A DNA stretch of 46,696 bases from a virus (lineage: Duplodnaviria; Caudoviricetes): positions 1 through 46,696 of the IMG/VR virus record IMGVR_UViG_3300005323_000059. One strand, given 5' to 3'. A program made the position numbers and the translations under genes. The notes under the pieces were generated by a model. The model saw only the letters and a list, made by a program, of their open reading frames with translations, did no database searches and was not told the DNA's origin. Shown here piece after piece: positions 9,650 through 17,867 of this stretch. Within the stretch, counting starts at the first letter, position 1. Each line of letters starts with the position of its first letter.

Positions 9650-10114
9650 TCAATTCTCCTTCATCCACTCAAAGAATGCCTTCTCAAATTCGCGCTCGGT
9701 AGGCAGGAGTTTTTCAGAAACGCGCGGATATTGTGCCAACTCACAGATTGTGTAGGATGTGAGACCATCGCCATAGAAAACAAGCGTTGGCTTTTCGCTC
9801 CCAAGGTTTTCTTTCATCTTCCCAAACGCCTTGCGCTTGCCTGTCATTTCATCCCACTTGTCTTTGGGGTTGAAAAATGACGCTCCTTGCGCAATGATCT
9901 TGTGCTTGATTTCTTCCCCATCCCGAATAGTGATCTTCGCCACGCAGGAGGTCAGCGGCTCTGTCTGTGAGAAATACACGTGTACAGTCTGCCTGCCTTG
10001 CGCCCTTACTGCAAAATGATTTTTATCCATTGATTCCTTGCTAACGACTTTTTCCGGCTCGCCGGTTCGGATAGGAATCTTTACTACATAATGATTACCC
10101 ATTCTTTCCTCCAA
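9650..10114 (-). CDS. Hypothetical protein
   Basis: 154 aa; AQGASFFNPKDKWDEMTGKRKAF resembles a common phage motif. Confidence 0.6.
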   Translation of the reverse strand: MEERMGNHYVVKIPIRTGEPEKVVSKESMDKNHFAVRAQGRQTVHVYFSQTEPLTSCVAKITIRDGEEIKHKIIAQGASFFNPKDKWDEMTGKRKAFGKMKENLGSEKPTLVFYGDGLTSYTICELAQYPRVSEKLLPTEREFEKAFFEWMKEN

Positions 10115-10325
10115 TCAAAAAACTTGTCTTTCCCGAACAGTCCAAAGCGATTAATAGCTGAAGCATACCGATGATGTCCGTATGTCTCAGCCCGCTACTT
10201 AATTCGCGCATGGCTTTGTCGATCATGGCCTTTTCATTCATCGGCAGTTCACCGTACCACTCTTTGACGATGTTGTCGCGTTGTTTCCCGCGTTGGCGTT
10301 GTTGATATTTAATCTCCATCATCAT
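10095..10325 (-). CDS. Hypothetical protein
   Basis: 76 aa, overlaps neighbours. Confidence 0.55.
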   Translation of the reverse strand: MMMEIKYQQRQRGKQRDNIVKEWYGELPMNEKAMIDKAMRELSSGLRHTDIIGMLQLLIALDCSGKTSFLIGGKNG

Positions 10326-10719
10326 CTCCGACTTTTATAAAATTAACACTCTCACTATAATACCCATTGGATTCTCCGTACCACCTAATAGTAACACTTC
10401 CATTTATGGTTGAAATTTTATAAAATGTCCAAGTAAAACTATCTTGATATTCTTTTTCTGCCACGCATAATGGATTTTCATTTTCGTGTTTGGCTTCCTC
10501 ACATAGCAATATCGGTTCTCCAATCAAATCATTTAAATCTCCGGCTATGTCCTCGATTTCAACCGATTCACAACAATCTTGTTCATGAAAAAACTTATAG
10601 ACCTCTCCCGTTTGGCACGTCAATATTAACTCTTGATTATCAACATTTTTAATGTCGGCCAGTGTCTTTCCAATCAAATCTTTATATTCCGTGTATTTAT
10701 ACATGCATGTTTCCTCCAT
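10309..10719 (-). CDS. Conserved phage hypothetical protein
   Basis: HEQDCCESV...GDLNDLIG...WTFYK...WYGESNGYYSE family pattern. Confidence 0.7.
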   Translation of the reverse strand: MEETCMYKYTEYKDLIGKTLADIKNVDNQELILTCQTGEVYKFFHEQDCCESVEIEDIAGDLNDLIGEPILLCEEAKHENENPLCVAEKEYQDSFTWTFYKISTINGSVTIRWYGESNGYYSESVNFIKVGDDDGD

Positions 10720-10736
10720 TCACATCATACTATTTT

Positions 10737-11039
10737 TTACGCTGTATTTATATTACAATCTGTTAATGTCGCCTGATAATCCACGCTAACCAGGCTGTTT
10801 TCAACCTCGCGCCGAATCTTGGCTACTGACCCTTCCAGCCCTAGCAACATCATGTCGTACTCAAATTCTGCGCCCAAAATATAGTTGATTGCTTCCGCCC
10901 GGCCTTCGGTTGCTTCCTTGCGCCAGTAACGACCAAGAGAGATCGTATAAAGAGTTTTCCCTTTGGCAAAGTCAACCGCCTGTTCGATGGAGGCGCACAT
11001 CATTTTGCGGTAGGAAAGGTCGATTTCGTCTTGGGTCAT
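10737..11039 (-). CDS. Hypothetical protein
   Basis: 100 aa, operon packing. Confidence 0.55.
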   Translation of the reverse strand: MTQDEIDLSYRKMMCASIEQAVDFAKGKTLYTISLGRYWRKEATEGRAEAINYILGAEFEYDMMLLGLEGSVAKIRREVENSLVSVDYQATLTDCNINTA

Positions 11040-11040
11040 T

Positions 11041-11223
11041 TCACATCCTCTCCCATCTATCCATCAAGCAGTCCGCATTAGTGGGCATATCCGCTGCCCG
11101 AAAGTCGGCGGCCAGTTTCTCCCATTCTTCTTTGGGCGGCTTGTGGCCGGCATAGGTGGCGTCCAGCAGTTCCTTGCGCCGCATAAATAAGCTTTGATAA
11201 TCTTCCTGGTTGATCTTGTTCAT
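11041..11223 (-). CDS. Hypothetical protein
   Basis: 60 aa, SD GGAGG, ATGA coupling. Confidence 0.55.
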   Translation of the reverse strand: MNKINQEDYQSLFMRRKELLDATYAGHKPPKEEWEKLAADFRAADMPTNADCLMDRWERM

Positions 11224-11435
11224 TTGTCCTCCACTATAGAACCAACTAAATCACATTGATTGCCTATTCTTTTTATTGTGTTTCCAAGTGTTTTGCACAA
11301 AGAAATTAGCCATTCGTCCGATCTTCCAGCAAGCACCAAGTCCATTTCTTCCTCGGTTAAATCCGAAAAACAAAAAGCGTCATATTCGCCATCCCTTTTT
11401 ATTCTGAAATAAACACCATCCAATTCCCTGTTCAT
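11220..11435 (-). CDS. Hypothetical protein
   Basis: RELDGVYFRIKRDG...CFSDLTEEE; SD GGAGG. Confidence 0.6.
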   Translation of the reverse strand: MNRELDGVYFRIKRDGEYDAFCFSDLTEEEMDLVLAGRSDEWLISLCKTLGNTIKRIGNQCDLVGSIVEDK

Positions 11436-11512
11436 TTTTCCTCCATTCTCATTTCATCAGCTAATTTTTTGATACCATCAGTTACTTGGTTCTGATAGTT
11501 CTCCGCAAACTG

Positions 11513-12775
11513 CTAATCCTTATATGGTAGCGCAAAATTGGGTGTGTCATTCGCGCACTTAAAAGCCGGGAAGCCATCATCCCGGATTAGCCGAATATAT
11601 TTCTCTGGCGTGTCCTCGCGGAATTTTGAGAAATGCAATTTTAGGTTCTTCCCATCTTCAACCAAAAAGAAAACTACATCCGCATCATAAATTAACTGTG
11701 CTGATCCCTTTTGTGCAGCCATCGATGGTTTGTCTGATTCCATTTCCGCTTTTGTCATTGAGTTAATAACCAACCCCGATAATTCAAGGTCTTTACAGAT
11801 ATTTTTTATCTGCCGGCTTACATAGGCGGCTTTTTCAGAATCATCTTTCCCATATCGATCATTAAGAAGCTGTACATAATCCAGTACAAACCATTTAATG
11901 TTGTGCTGTGCTTTTAACCTGGCTAAGTCTGCCCTTAAGCTCGCTGTCGTCCAACCGGTATAATCACTTACAAATATTGGCTTATTTTCCAGATAGCCGA
12001 TAGCATCCATAAATTGCGTCCAGTCGTCCGCTGTCATTTTTCCGGTTTTTAATTTTCTAACAATAACCCTTGATTGCGTTGACACTTGTCTGCGCACAGT
12101 TTGAATCCGCCCCATTTCCATTTCGTAAATTACGCCAGGACAATCATTAGACATTCCAAATGCCATTTGAATTGCAAGGATACTTTTACCAAGTCCGGGT
12201 TTTCCAGACAATAGCGTAACCTCCCCTTGTTGTTGGCCGCCCGTCATTATGTCATATTGATAAAGCCCGGTGGGAATTCCCCAAATGTCTTTTGGATCAT
12301 CGTGCCTTGCCTTTACCTCATCGTAAAGTTCGGAAAGAACCTTGTTAATATTTATTGCCGCGCCCGTTGTTTCCGTGTTGGAAAGCAATCGCGTCATCCA
12401 TTGGGGAATTTCGTCCCCAATATCAGAGCTTTGATTATAGGCAACATTGGCCATTTCGCCAGCCAATAAAACAATATTTCTACGGTGAGCCTTCTCGCGG
12501 ATGATCTCGGCATATTCTTTTGCGTGTAGGCTGGACGGTACGTTTCCAACCAACTCAATCAAATTAATATTCTTTATTCGCTCTCCAACCGACAGGGTAT
12601 CAATCATCCCCCCGGACAACGATATATCTTGATAGACTTTCCAAATCTCCTTGTGCCTATCGACATAAAAATCGCTGTCTTTCAGATCAATAGTTTTAAA
12701 TATTTCCGGGTTGATTAATACCGATCCCAAAACCGCTCGCTCTGCTTCTTGCGAAAAAATAGGCTTAATTTCCAT
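11513..12775 (-). CDS. dnaB: Replicative DNA helicase, DnaB family
   Basis: AERAVLGSVL N-domain, Walker A GKPGLGKS, EMEM, LDYVQL, DADVVFFL. Confidence 0.93.
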   Translation of the reverse strand: MEIKPIFSQEAERAVLGSVLINPEIFKTIDLKDSDFYVDRHKEIWKVYQDISLSGGMIDTLSVGERIKNINLIELVGNVPSSLHAKEYAEIIREKAHRRNIVLLAGEMANVAYNQSSDIGDEIPQWMTRLLSNTETTGAAININKVLSELYDEVKARHDDPKDIWGIPTGLYQYDIMTGGQQQGEVTLLSGKPGLGKSILAIQMAFGMSNDCPGVIYEMEMGRIQTVRRQVSTQSRVIVRKLKTGKMTADDWTQFMDAIGYLENKPIFVSDYTGWTTASLRADLARLKAQHNIKWFVLDYVQLLNDRYGKDDSEKAAYVSRQIKNICKDLELSGLVINSMTKAEMESDKPSMAAQKGSAQLIYDADVVFFLVEDGKNLKLHFSKFREDTPEKYIRLIRDDGFPAFKCANDTPNFALPYKD

Positions 12776-13565
12776 TGGCTAAATACTCCATTGCATTAAA
12801 CTCTTTTGCGCTATCATTTGCTTTCTTCCGCTCGTTTTCCGAAACAGTTGCAGTAAACATTTTTAATAGGCTCTTTGGGTTTGATATTGACAAATGACTT
12901 TTATCAGCCCTTTCTACTGCAACTTTAATTATGCTCTTACAAATTTCAATTTCGTAATTTGTCAATTCAAGCATTTCTCCGATAGGCTCAACCCACCCAA
13001 TATCATAATTACCAGAAGGAATCTTTGGTTTTTTAAATTTCAATTCATCAATAAAGAACATCATTATTGATTGATGAATATTTATTAATTCTTCTGATGA
13101 ATGCGGATATGTGATATGTGATATGTGACTATCTGAACTACAATGAAGAAGTGGCAATAGGTTGCCACCCTGGTTGCCACCCTGGTTGCCACCCTGGTTG
13201 CCACCCTGGGGCACAATTAATGACGCTGGATTGCCACCCTGAAATGACGCTGGATTGCCACCCTGAACCTTTGTTTTTTTCAATGGGGAATGATATTTTA
13301 GAATAGTTATTGTTTGAGAATGTTGTTTTTGTTTGCAATTTATGTATTTTTTTTCTTGTAGTTTTTCCCTTTGATACCTCAAAGTCCTAATCGGAATTTG
13401 TAAAATTTCGGCTGCGTCAACATCTGACCACTGGTCTATTGTTCCCGTTTCCCAATTGACAATATCCAGCATATATAAATAAAGCCAGATAGTCTCTCCC
13501 ATAGCAATTCGGTGTTTTGGGTCAGTTATAAATCCACGGTTCACTTTAATCCATTCCTTTTTCAC
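12765..13565 (-). CDS. Replication initiator (lambda O / replisome organiser-like)
   Basis: N-terminal WIKVNR wHTH-like region, internal QGGN repeats encoded by iterons, directly before dnaB. Confidence 0.75.
   Translation of the reverse strand: MKKEWIKVNRGFITDPKHRIAMGETIWLYLYMLDIVNWETGTIDQWSDVDAAEILQIPIRTLRYQREKLQEKKYINCKQKQHSQTITILKYHSPLKKTKVQGGNPASFQGGNPASLIVPQGGNQGGNQGGNQGGNLLPLLHCSSDSHISHITYPHSSEELINIHQSIMMFFIDELKFKKPKIPSGNYDIGWVEPIGEMLELTNYEIEICKSIIKVAVERADKSHLSISNPKSLLKMFTATVSENERKKANDSAKEFNAMEYLANGN
13106..13266. repeat. Putative replication origin iterons inside initiator gene
   Basis: 4x GGTTGCCACCCT (13160-13207), 2x 24-bp repeat with the same core (13219-13266), 3x GATATGT (13106-13126) next to AT-rich DNA. 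Confidence 0.75.
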
Positions 13566-13567
13566 AC

Positions 13568-13738
13568 TTAAACTCCGATGTAATCAGCAATAATATTCAG
13601 GCAAGTTTTGTATTCTGGTGGACTTAAAACATAATGATTGATCATATATTTCTTGGCTTTTTCGTACTCACTCCAATCTTTAGAATCCTGCCTTGCCCCA
13701 GATGGAACGATAACCATTTTCAAAATCCAAAGTATCAT
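13568..13738 (-). CDS. Small protein, 56 aa (not in ORF track)
   Basis: MILWILKMVIVPSG...IIADYIGV*, SD GAGG. Confidence 0.6.
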   Translation of the reverse strand: MILWILKMVIVPSGARQDSKDWSEYEKAKKYMINHYVLSPPEYKTCLNIIADYIGV

Positions 13739-13754
13739 ATTAGCCTCACAACAG

Positions 13755-13868
13755 AAAAAACCATTAGGTGGCCGTGCCTGTCTGAGTAGCGCTCCCGGTC
13801 AAAGAGCATACAGACACAGCCGCTTAATGGTTCTTTATTAACAAAATTGACCGAACATTTGCTACTCA
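13755..13868 (-). ncRNA. C4/CI-like antisense or attenuator leader RNA
   Basis: Long hairpin 13759-13832 with U-tract; exposed TTGACCG and GCTACTC complementary to upstream CGGTCAA and GAGTAGC. Confidence 0.55.
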
Positions 13869-13876
13869 TACCATCA

Positions 13877-13906
13877 ATCATACCATCCCTCCAGCGCGTT
13901 TGTCAA
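13877..13906 (-). promoter_or_regulatory. Sigma70-type promoter of replication operon
   Basis: TTGACA-N18-TATGAT with TG extended -10. Confidence 0.7.
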
Positions 13907-14256
13907 GCATGTCTGTCCTCTTTCGGTACGTAGTGAAAATTATCTTTTGTTTTCATCGGTATTGATTCCAGCCACTCAACCATGTCATAGCCCAAATCAA
14001 TCTTCTCGCTGAACAGCTGGTTTCTGGTCTCAAATCCGGTCATTCTCCCATGCTGGTTGTCGCATCTCTCACAAACAATCGCGCCGTTCTCTGGCATATC
14101 TAACCAATATTTATATTTTCGATAATTCGTATGCCCTCGCGGGACAACTCCGTGATGCCAATGTCCGTCAGTTATCGGCTTCCCGCAGAACCAGCAGCGG
14201 TTATTCTGCTCCTTCAGCAGCTTTTGTTTGGTCTCTGTGTAGTTCTTCATGGGCAC
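13903..14256 (-). CDS. HNH-type (NinG-like) endonuclease
   Basis: CWFCG...HWHH...ENGAIVCERC...H. Confidence 0.65.
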   Translation of the reverse strand: MPMKNYTETKQKLLKEQNNRCWFCGKPITDGHWHHGVVPRGHTNYRKYKYWLDMPENGAIVCERCDNQHGRMTGFETRNQLFSEKIDLGYDMVEWLESIPMKTKDNFHYVPKEDRHA

Positions 14257-14609
14257 TCAAATAACTTTTCTTGCCTGATTTCGTCATCATACAAATCTAA
14301 CTTGTCTATATCTTGTAGTGAATTCTGCAATCGTATTTTATGTTTTAATAACTCCGCAGAAATTAAATCAATATCGGAAATTATTTTAAGCGTTTGCTCT
14401 TTTGCCCTTTCTTTTGACCCTTCTATAAAAATAGCCCCGCCAAAATAAGCCGTATTAATGGCAATGGTTTCATATTCAACGTCAAAACATAAACGATTAA
14501 GCCCGCGATGAATAAACGGGCCGGCTATTAATACGCCCAAGTGCAATTCTTTGAACTTGTAAGCATGACTTACAAGTTCGGCGCGACTATCAAAAACGAT
14601 ATCTTTCAT
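14247..14609 (-). CDS. Hypothetical protein
   Basis: 120 aa, coupled to neighbours. Confidence 0.55.
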   Translation of the reverse strand: MKDIVFDSRAELVSHAYKFKELHLGVLIAGPFIHRGLNRLCFDVEYETIAINTAYFGGAIFIEGSKERAKEQTLKIISDIDLISAELLKHKIRLQNSLQDIDKLDLYDDEIRQEKLFECP

Positions 14610-14779
14610 TTTGCATTTCCTTGTTTTTTGACTTCTTCAATCTCGCTTGCCTCCACGAATATCATTTCACCACCCACACATATGAGACAGTCATTCTTCC
14701 AGTTCACGAACCAGCCTATGCGCCCCTGGTACTGGATGTCAGTACCAAAGGGGAGTTCTGCGGCGCGGTCAGGGGTCAT
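14606..14779 (-). CDS. Small protein, 57 aa (not in ORF track)
   Basis: MTPDRAAELPFG...GNAK*, ATGA overlaps at both ends. Confidence 0.6.
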   Translation of the reverse strand: MTPDRAAELPFGTDIQYQGRIGWFVNWKNDCLICVGGEMIFVEASEIEEVKKQGNAK

Positions 14780-15465
14780 ATCGGCAGCCTCATCTGTTGC
14801 TGTGCGTCCTTAATCCTCTTAACGGCGATATCAAAATACTTTGGTTCAATTTCAATCCCGATGAATTTTCTTCCAGTCTGAACACAAGCTACACCGGTAG
14901 TGCCGGAACCCATAAAGGGGTCGAGGATTGTTTCGCCTTTCAGTGTTGTTGCTTTTATCAATTCAGAAATTAAACCCACTGGTTTTTCCGCGCCGTGATT
15001 TCTTTGCCCTATCGAGACTGGTTGACATTTTATAACTGACGATATATTTGCTTTTTCTGGCAAGAATATCCCCCTCGTAGCAAATAATATCAACTCATGT
15101 TGTTTGCGAAAAGGATTTCCCATCCCTATTCTTCCCTTGTCCCAAATTACAACTCCGGTGTTGTGCCATTCATAAAATTGAGCGAATAGCACAGGGAAGT
15201 ATGAATCATCACAACAAAAACATATGCGCCCATTATCAGTTAATATCTTTTCAAGATAATCCTTAATAAACGAGGTGTAGCTTTCTTGAATACATAAATC
15301 GCTCAACCTTCTAACTTTTTGGCGACCAAACGCAACGGCTACAGGAGTGGAGTATGGCGGATCAGTTATCACTGCATCCACTGACTTATCCGGCATGTCC
15401 TTCATTACGTCTAAACAATCGCCCAGATATAGAGCACAGTCGCCTAAAACTACTTTATCGGTCAT
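14776..15465 (-). CDS. DNA N6-adenine/N4-cytosine methyltransferase (beta class, orphan)
   Basis: GDCL, TDPPY catalytic motif, H.AEKP, DPFMGSGTT SAM motif. Confidence 0.92.
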   Translation of the reverse strand: MTDKVVLGDCALYLGDCLDVMKDMPDKSVDAVITDPPYSTPVAVAFGRQKVRRLSDLCIQESYTSFIKDYLEKILTDNGRICFCCDDSYFPVLFAQFYEWHNTGVVIWDKGRIGMGNPFRKQHELILFATRGIFLPEKANISSVIKCQPVSIGQRNHGAEKPVGLISELIKATTLKGETILDPFMGSGTTGVACVQTGRKFIGIEIEPKYFDIAVKRIKDAQQQMRLPI

Positions 15466-15809
15466 CCAATCTCCAATTTCATCTGCTCGTCCTTGACACG
15501 TCCCCTGCGCAGCGCCTTGATGGTAGCGGACAGGTCAATGATTCTTGATTCCAGTTCAGCGATAATCACGTCCACCTGGTCAGGGTCGAAACTATATCCC
15601 GCCTGACCGGAAGAAGAAACTATCGGCTGTCCATCTTTGCGTAGTAACCGGATTGCTTCTCGCAGATAGCGGTCATTCGAATCTGTGTTCGGCAGACCAC
15701 ACTCTTTCAGCAGTTGTGCACGGCTGATAAACTCTTTAGGTCGGGTGCGGAGCAGATAGATCACATCATCCGGCAACCACGACAATTCTTGCGGGATCTT
15801 GATTTTCAT
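15462..15809 (-). CDS. Winged-helix DNA-binding protein
   Basis: Start MKIK after GGAGG; DRYLREAIRLLRKDGQPIVSS...GY. Confidence 0.6.
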   Translation of the reverse strand: MKIKIPQELSWLPDDVIYLLRTRPKEFISRAQLLKECGLPNTDSNDRYLREAIRLLRKDGQPIVSSSGQAGYSFDPDQVDVIIAELESRIIDLSATIKALRRGRVKDEQMKLEIG

Positions 15810-15997
15810 TTGTCCTCCTCTGATAATTTCACAAATGCAATATCTCCAAGAAAACAAATTTTCGCTTTTTTCTTATGAAGCAAATAGAGCAATGCTGATT
15901 GATCTACAAAACCATCTTTATATCGCCCATCTATAAATCTGATGGGCTCTACTTTTAGAATTTCAAGTACCCTTTCCATTTCTTTTTTTGGATTCAT
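15806..15997 (-). CDS. Hypothetical protein
   Basis: Start MNPKK after GGAGG. Confidence 0.55.
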   Translation of the reverse strand: MNPKKEMERVLEILKVEPIRFIDGRYKDGFVDQSALLYLLHKKKAKICFLGDIAFVKLSEEDK

Positions 15998-16017
15998 TTG
16001 TCCTCCTCTGCCATCTC

Positions 16018-16200
16018 TCAACTATCCTCATTTTTAATAAATGTTTTTACGGCAATGCTTTCGTCATATCCGCAATACAGAATAACCGCACAATCTCCGT
16101 GTCCTGCATAGCCTTTGGTGCATCTTACCTCGTATTCCCCATTACTATTGCAAAGCAACCTTGTTTTAATGCCTGCTATCCATGCACTTTGATCAAGCAA
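16018..16200 (-). CDS. Hypothetical protein
   Basis: 60 aa, fills gap; start uncertain. Confidence 0.35.
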   Translation of the reverse strand: MLDQSAWIAGIKTRLLCNSNGEYEVRCTKGYAGHGDCAVILYCGYDESIAVKTFIKNEDS

Positions 16201-16214
16201 TAAATTATAAATAT

Positions 16215-16430
16215 TTATTTGTCCACCACCGCCGAATCTTCTTTGATTGACTTTCGCAATGCGCTTACAATTTTTCTTGCGTATTCATCGGACGCCTGTA
16301 TTGATTGACCGCCCTTAAACTCAATCGTTACTGGACGCTCTGCATCTGTGCAACCTGCGTATCTGACGATTTGTTTAATTTCGCACAAATTGATTGCATC
16401 GCCATTTTTGTCAAAATAAAACTTATCCAT
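16215..16430 (-). CDS. Hypothetical protein
   Basis: 71 aa, SD GGAGG. Confidence 0.55.
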   Translation of the reverse strand: MDKFYFDKNGDAINLCEIKQIVRYAGCTDAERPVTIEFKGGQSIQASDEYARKIVSALRKSIKEDSAVVDK

Positions 16431-16617
16431 TCTTGTCCTCCATCACTACCCAGAACCTATTTCCTAACCGATAGATTGCCCCCGGCTCCCCGTACTTCTG
16501 TCTGAATTGGCTTATGACTTCCTGCAGTGCGTCCCCATAGTAAGGCGGGGAGTATTCGACCATCTGAACGCCCATAGGCAGGTCTTTACAAGAGGTGATT
16601 GGGGTTATTTCTGTCAT
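16423..16617 (-). CDS. Hypothetical protein
   Basis: 64 aa, ATGA coupling. Confidence 0.55.
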   Translation of the reverse strand: MTEITPITSCKDLPMGVQMVEYSPPYYGDALQEVISQFRQKYGEPGAIYRLGNRFWVVMEDKNG

Positions 16618-16955
16618 GTTATCCTTATCGTTGTTTTTGGATGTTCACAAATCAATTCAAGCAATTTTTTAAGAAATGCAAGCGCACCCTCATAATCTCC
16701 CCAGCCATTCGGCTGATTCATGGCCTTGAATTTGTCCGGTTCAGCCTCCATGTATTTGATGGCGTCATGAACTTTCAGGATTGCTTCATCTGCAAGCATT
16801 CCATTAAGTCCCTTAATGCCGTTCTCTCCAAACGCCTCATAATACATTGGGGAAACATTCCACGTCATATTTCCGACATCAACAACGTGGGTCAATTCAT
16901 TTCCACCAGTAGTGTCAATTGCTAAATCAATATCCCAACTCATTTTTTCCTCCAA
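16614..16955 (-). CDS. Conserved phage hypothetical protein
   Basis: NMTWNVSPM...FKAMNQPNGWGDYEGAL.FL family pattern. Confidence 0.7.
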   Translation of the reverse strand: MEEKMSWDIDLAIDTTGGNELTHVVDVGNMTWNVSPMYYEAFGENGIKGLNGMLADEAILKVHDAIKYMEAEPDKFKAMNQPNGWGDYEGALAFLKKLLELICEHPKTTIRIT

Positions 16956-16976
16956 TTCCTTATTGGTTTCGATAAC

Positions 16977-17438
16977 TTAGCCAAAGCACCCACACCCAGT
17001 CTCTCCGCATCCGCGCCCCTCCGACATGCCAACAAGAGCGGAATCATCCATCGGAAATGGGATGCCATAAGACTCACAAATCTTTCTTAATATAGGAACC
17101 CCATAATTTAAATAATTCTTTTCATTTTCAGCAAAAGAAACCAAATCATCATTTCCATCTAACCATAACCACGCCGTCATGTGATTTATGCTTCTTTCTG
17201 CCGACAATCCTCGATGATCCTCCGCTTTATCTAGAGCAAATGGCATATACTCCTCAATAAGCCGTGCCGGACTCTTTGTTTCTGTCTGCCACTCTTCTTG
17301 TTTTGTGCCATCTTTCAAAAATGGCAAGGCGCTTTGATAATCAAGAAACGATATTAAATCTGTTGCCTGAAATCCAAAGAAGTCCATTTCCCTTATCTTA
17401 TTAATTCTTTCAACAATTTCATCTTGTGTTCTTTTCAT
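16977..17438 (-). CDS. Hypothetical protein
   Basis: 153 aa; HRGLSAERSINH...WLWL...YG.PIL..IC. Confidence 0.65.
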   Translation of the reverse strand: MKRTQDEIVERINKIREMDFFGFQATDLISFLDYQSALPFLKDGTKQEEWQTETKSPARLIEEYMPFALDKAEDHRGLSAERSINHMTAWLWLDGNDDLVSFAENEKNYLNYGVPILRKICESYGIPFPMDDSALVGMSEGRGCGETGCGCFG

Positions 17439-17478
17439 CCTTATCCTCTCTTTCTCTCAATCATTCACCCTGCTCATT

Positions 17479-17553
17479 TGGTTGGATGCCGCGGAGTCGA
17501 ACCGCTCCCCAAGAGAACCGCTCGAGAATGCATCCCGTTACACCAAACATCCA
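17479..17553 (-). tRNA. Degenerate tRNA-like element with encoded CCA
   Basis: 75 nt; acceptor TGGATGT/GCATCCA-A-CCA, T-loop TTCGACT; anticodon loop CGGTTCT non-canonical. Confidence 0.5.
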
Positions 17554-17661
17554 ACCTCCCCGTGCTGATCTTTCGCCGTGGTTGATAGTTACGGACACAG
17601 GGCTTCGCAAAACTTGCGGGGCAGTCTCCTAGCGAATTTATCTGCCCTGCAGTTCTGCTAT

Positions 17662-17863
17662 TGGCTGGGTCAGGATTTGAACCCAATTATCTGAATTTAG
17701 ACCATCACGCCACTTCTCTTGTCGCGGAAGTTACATCCGCCAGGCTCGTTTACGAGTTTGTTGCGCTGGCTCGTTACTCCAGCGTGTCACCCAAAGGGTC
17801 GCCCGACCTGGTTAGGTATCAGATAGCCTTTTAGCCGCGTGTTCCCACCACACCGCCCAGCCA
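17662..17863 (-). ncRNA. About 200-nt tRNA-shaped RNA with large structured insert
   Basis: Acceptor GGCTGGG/CCCAGCC-A, D-arm GTGT/ACAC, T-arm TTGGG-TTCAAAT-CCTGA, helix TATCTGA/TCAGATA closing the insert. Confidence 0.6.
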
Positions 17864-17867
17864 TATT

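Noticed and set aside
11513-11515. Genome-wide TAG recoding
   Set aside because: Other genes end in TAG directly followed by the SD or start of the next gene (7223, 8933, 37685), and long genes have no internal TAG.
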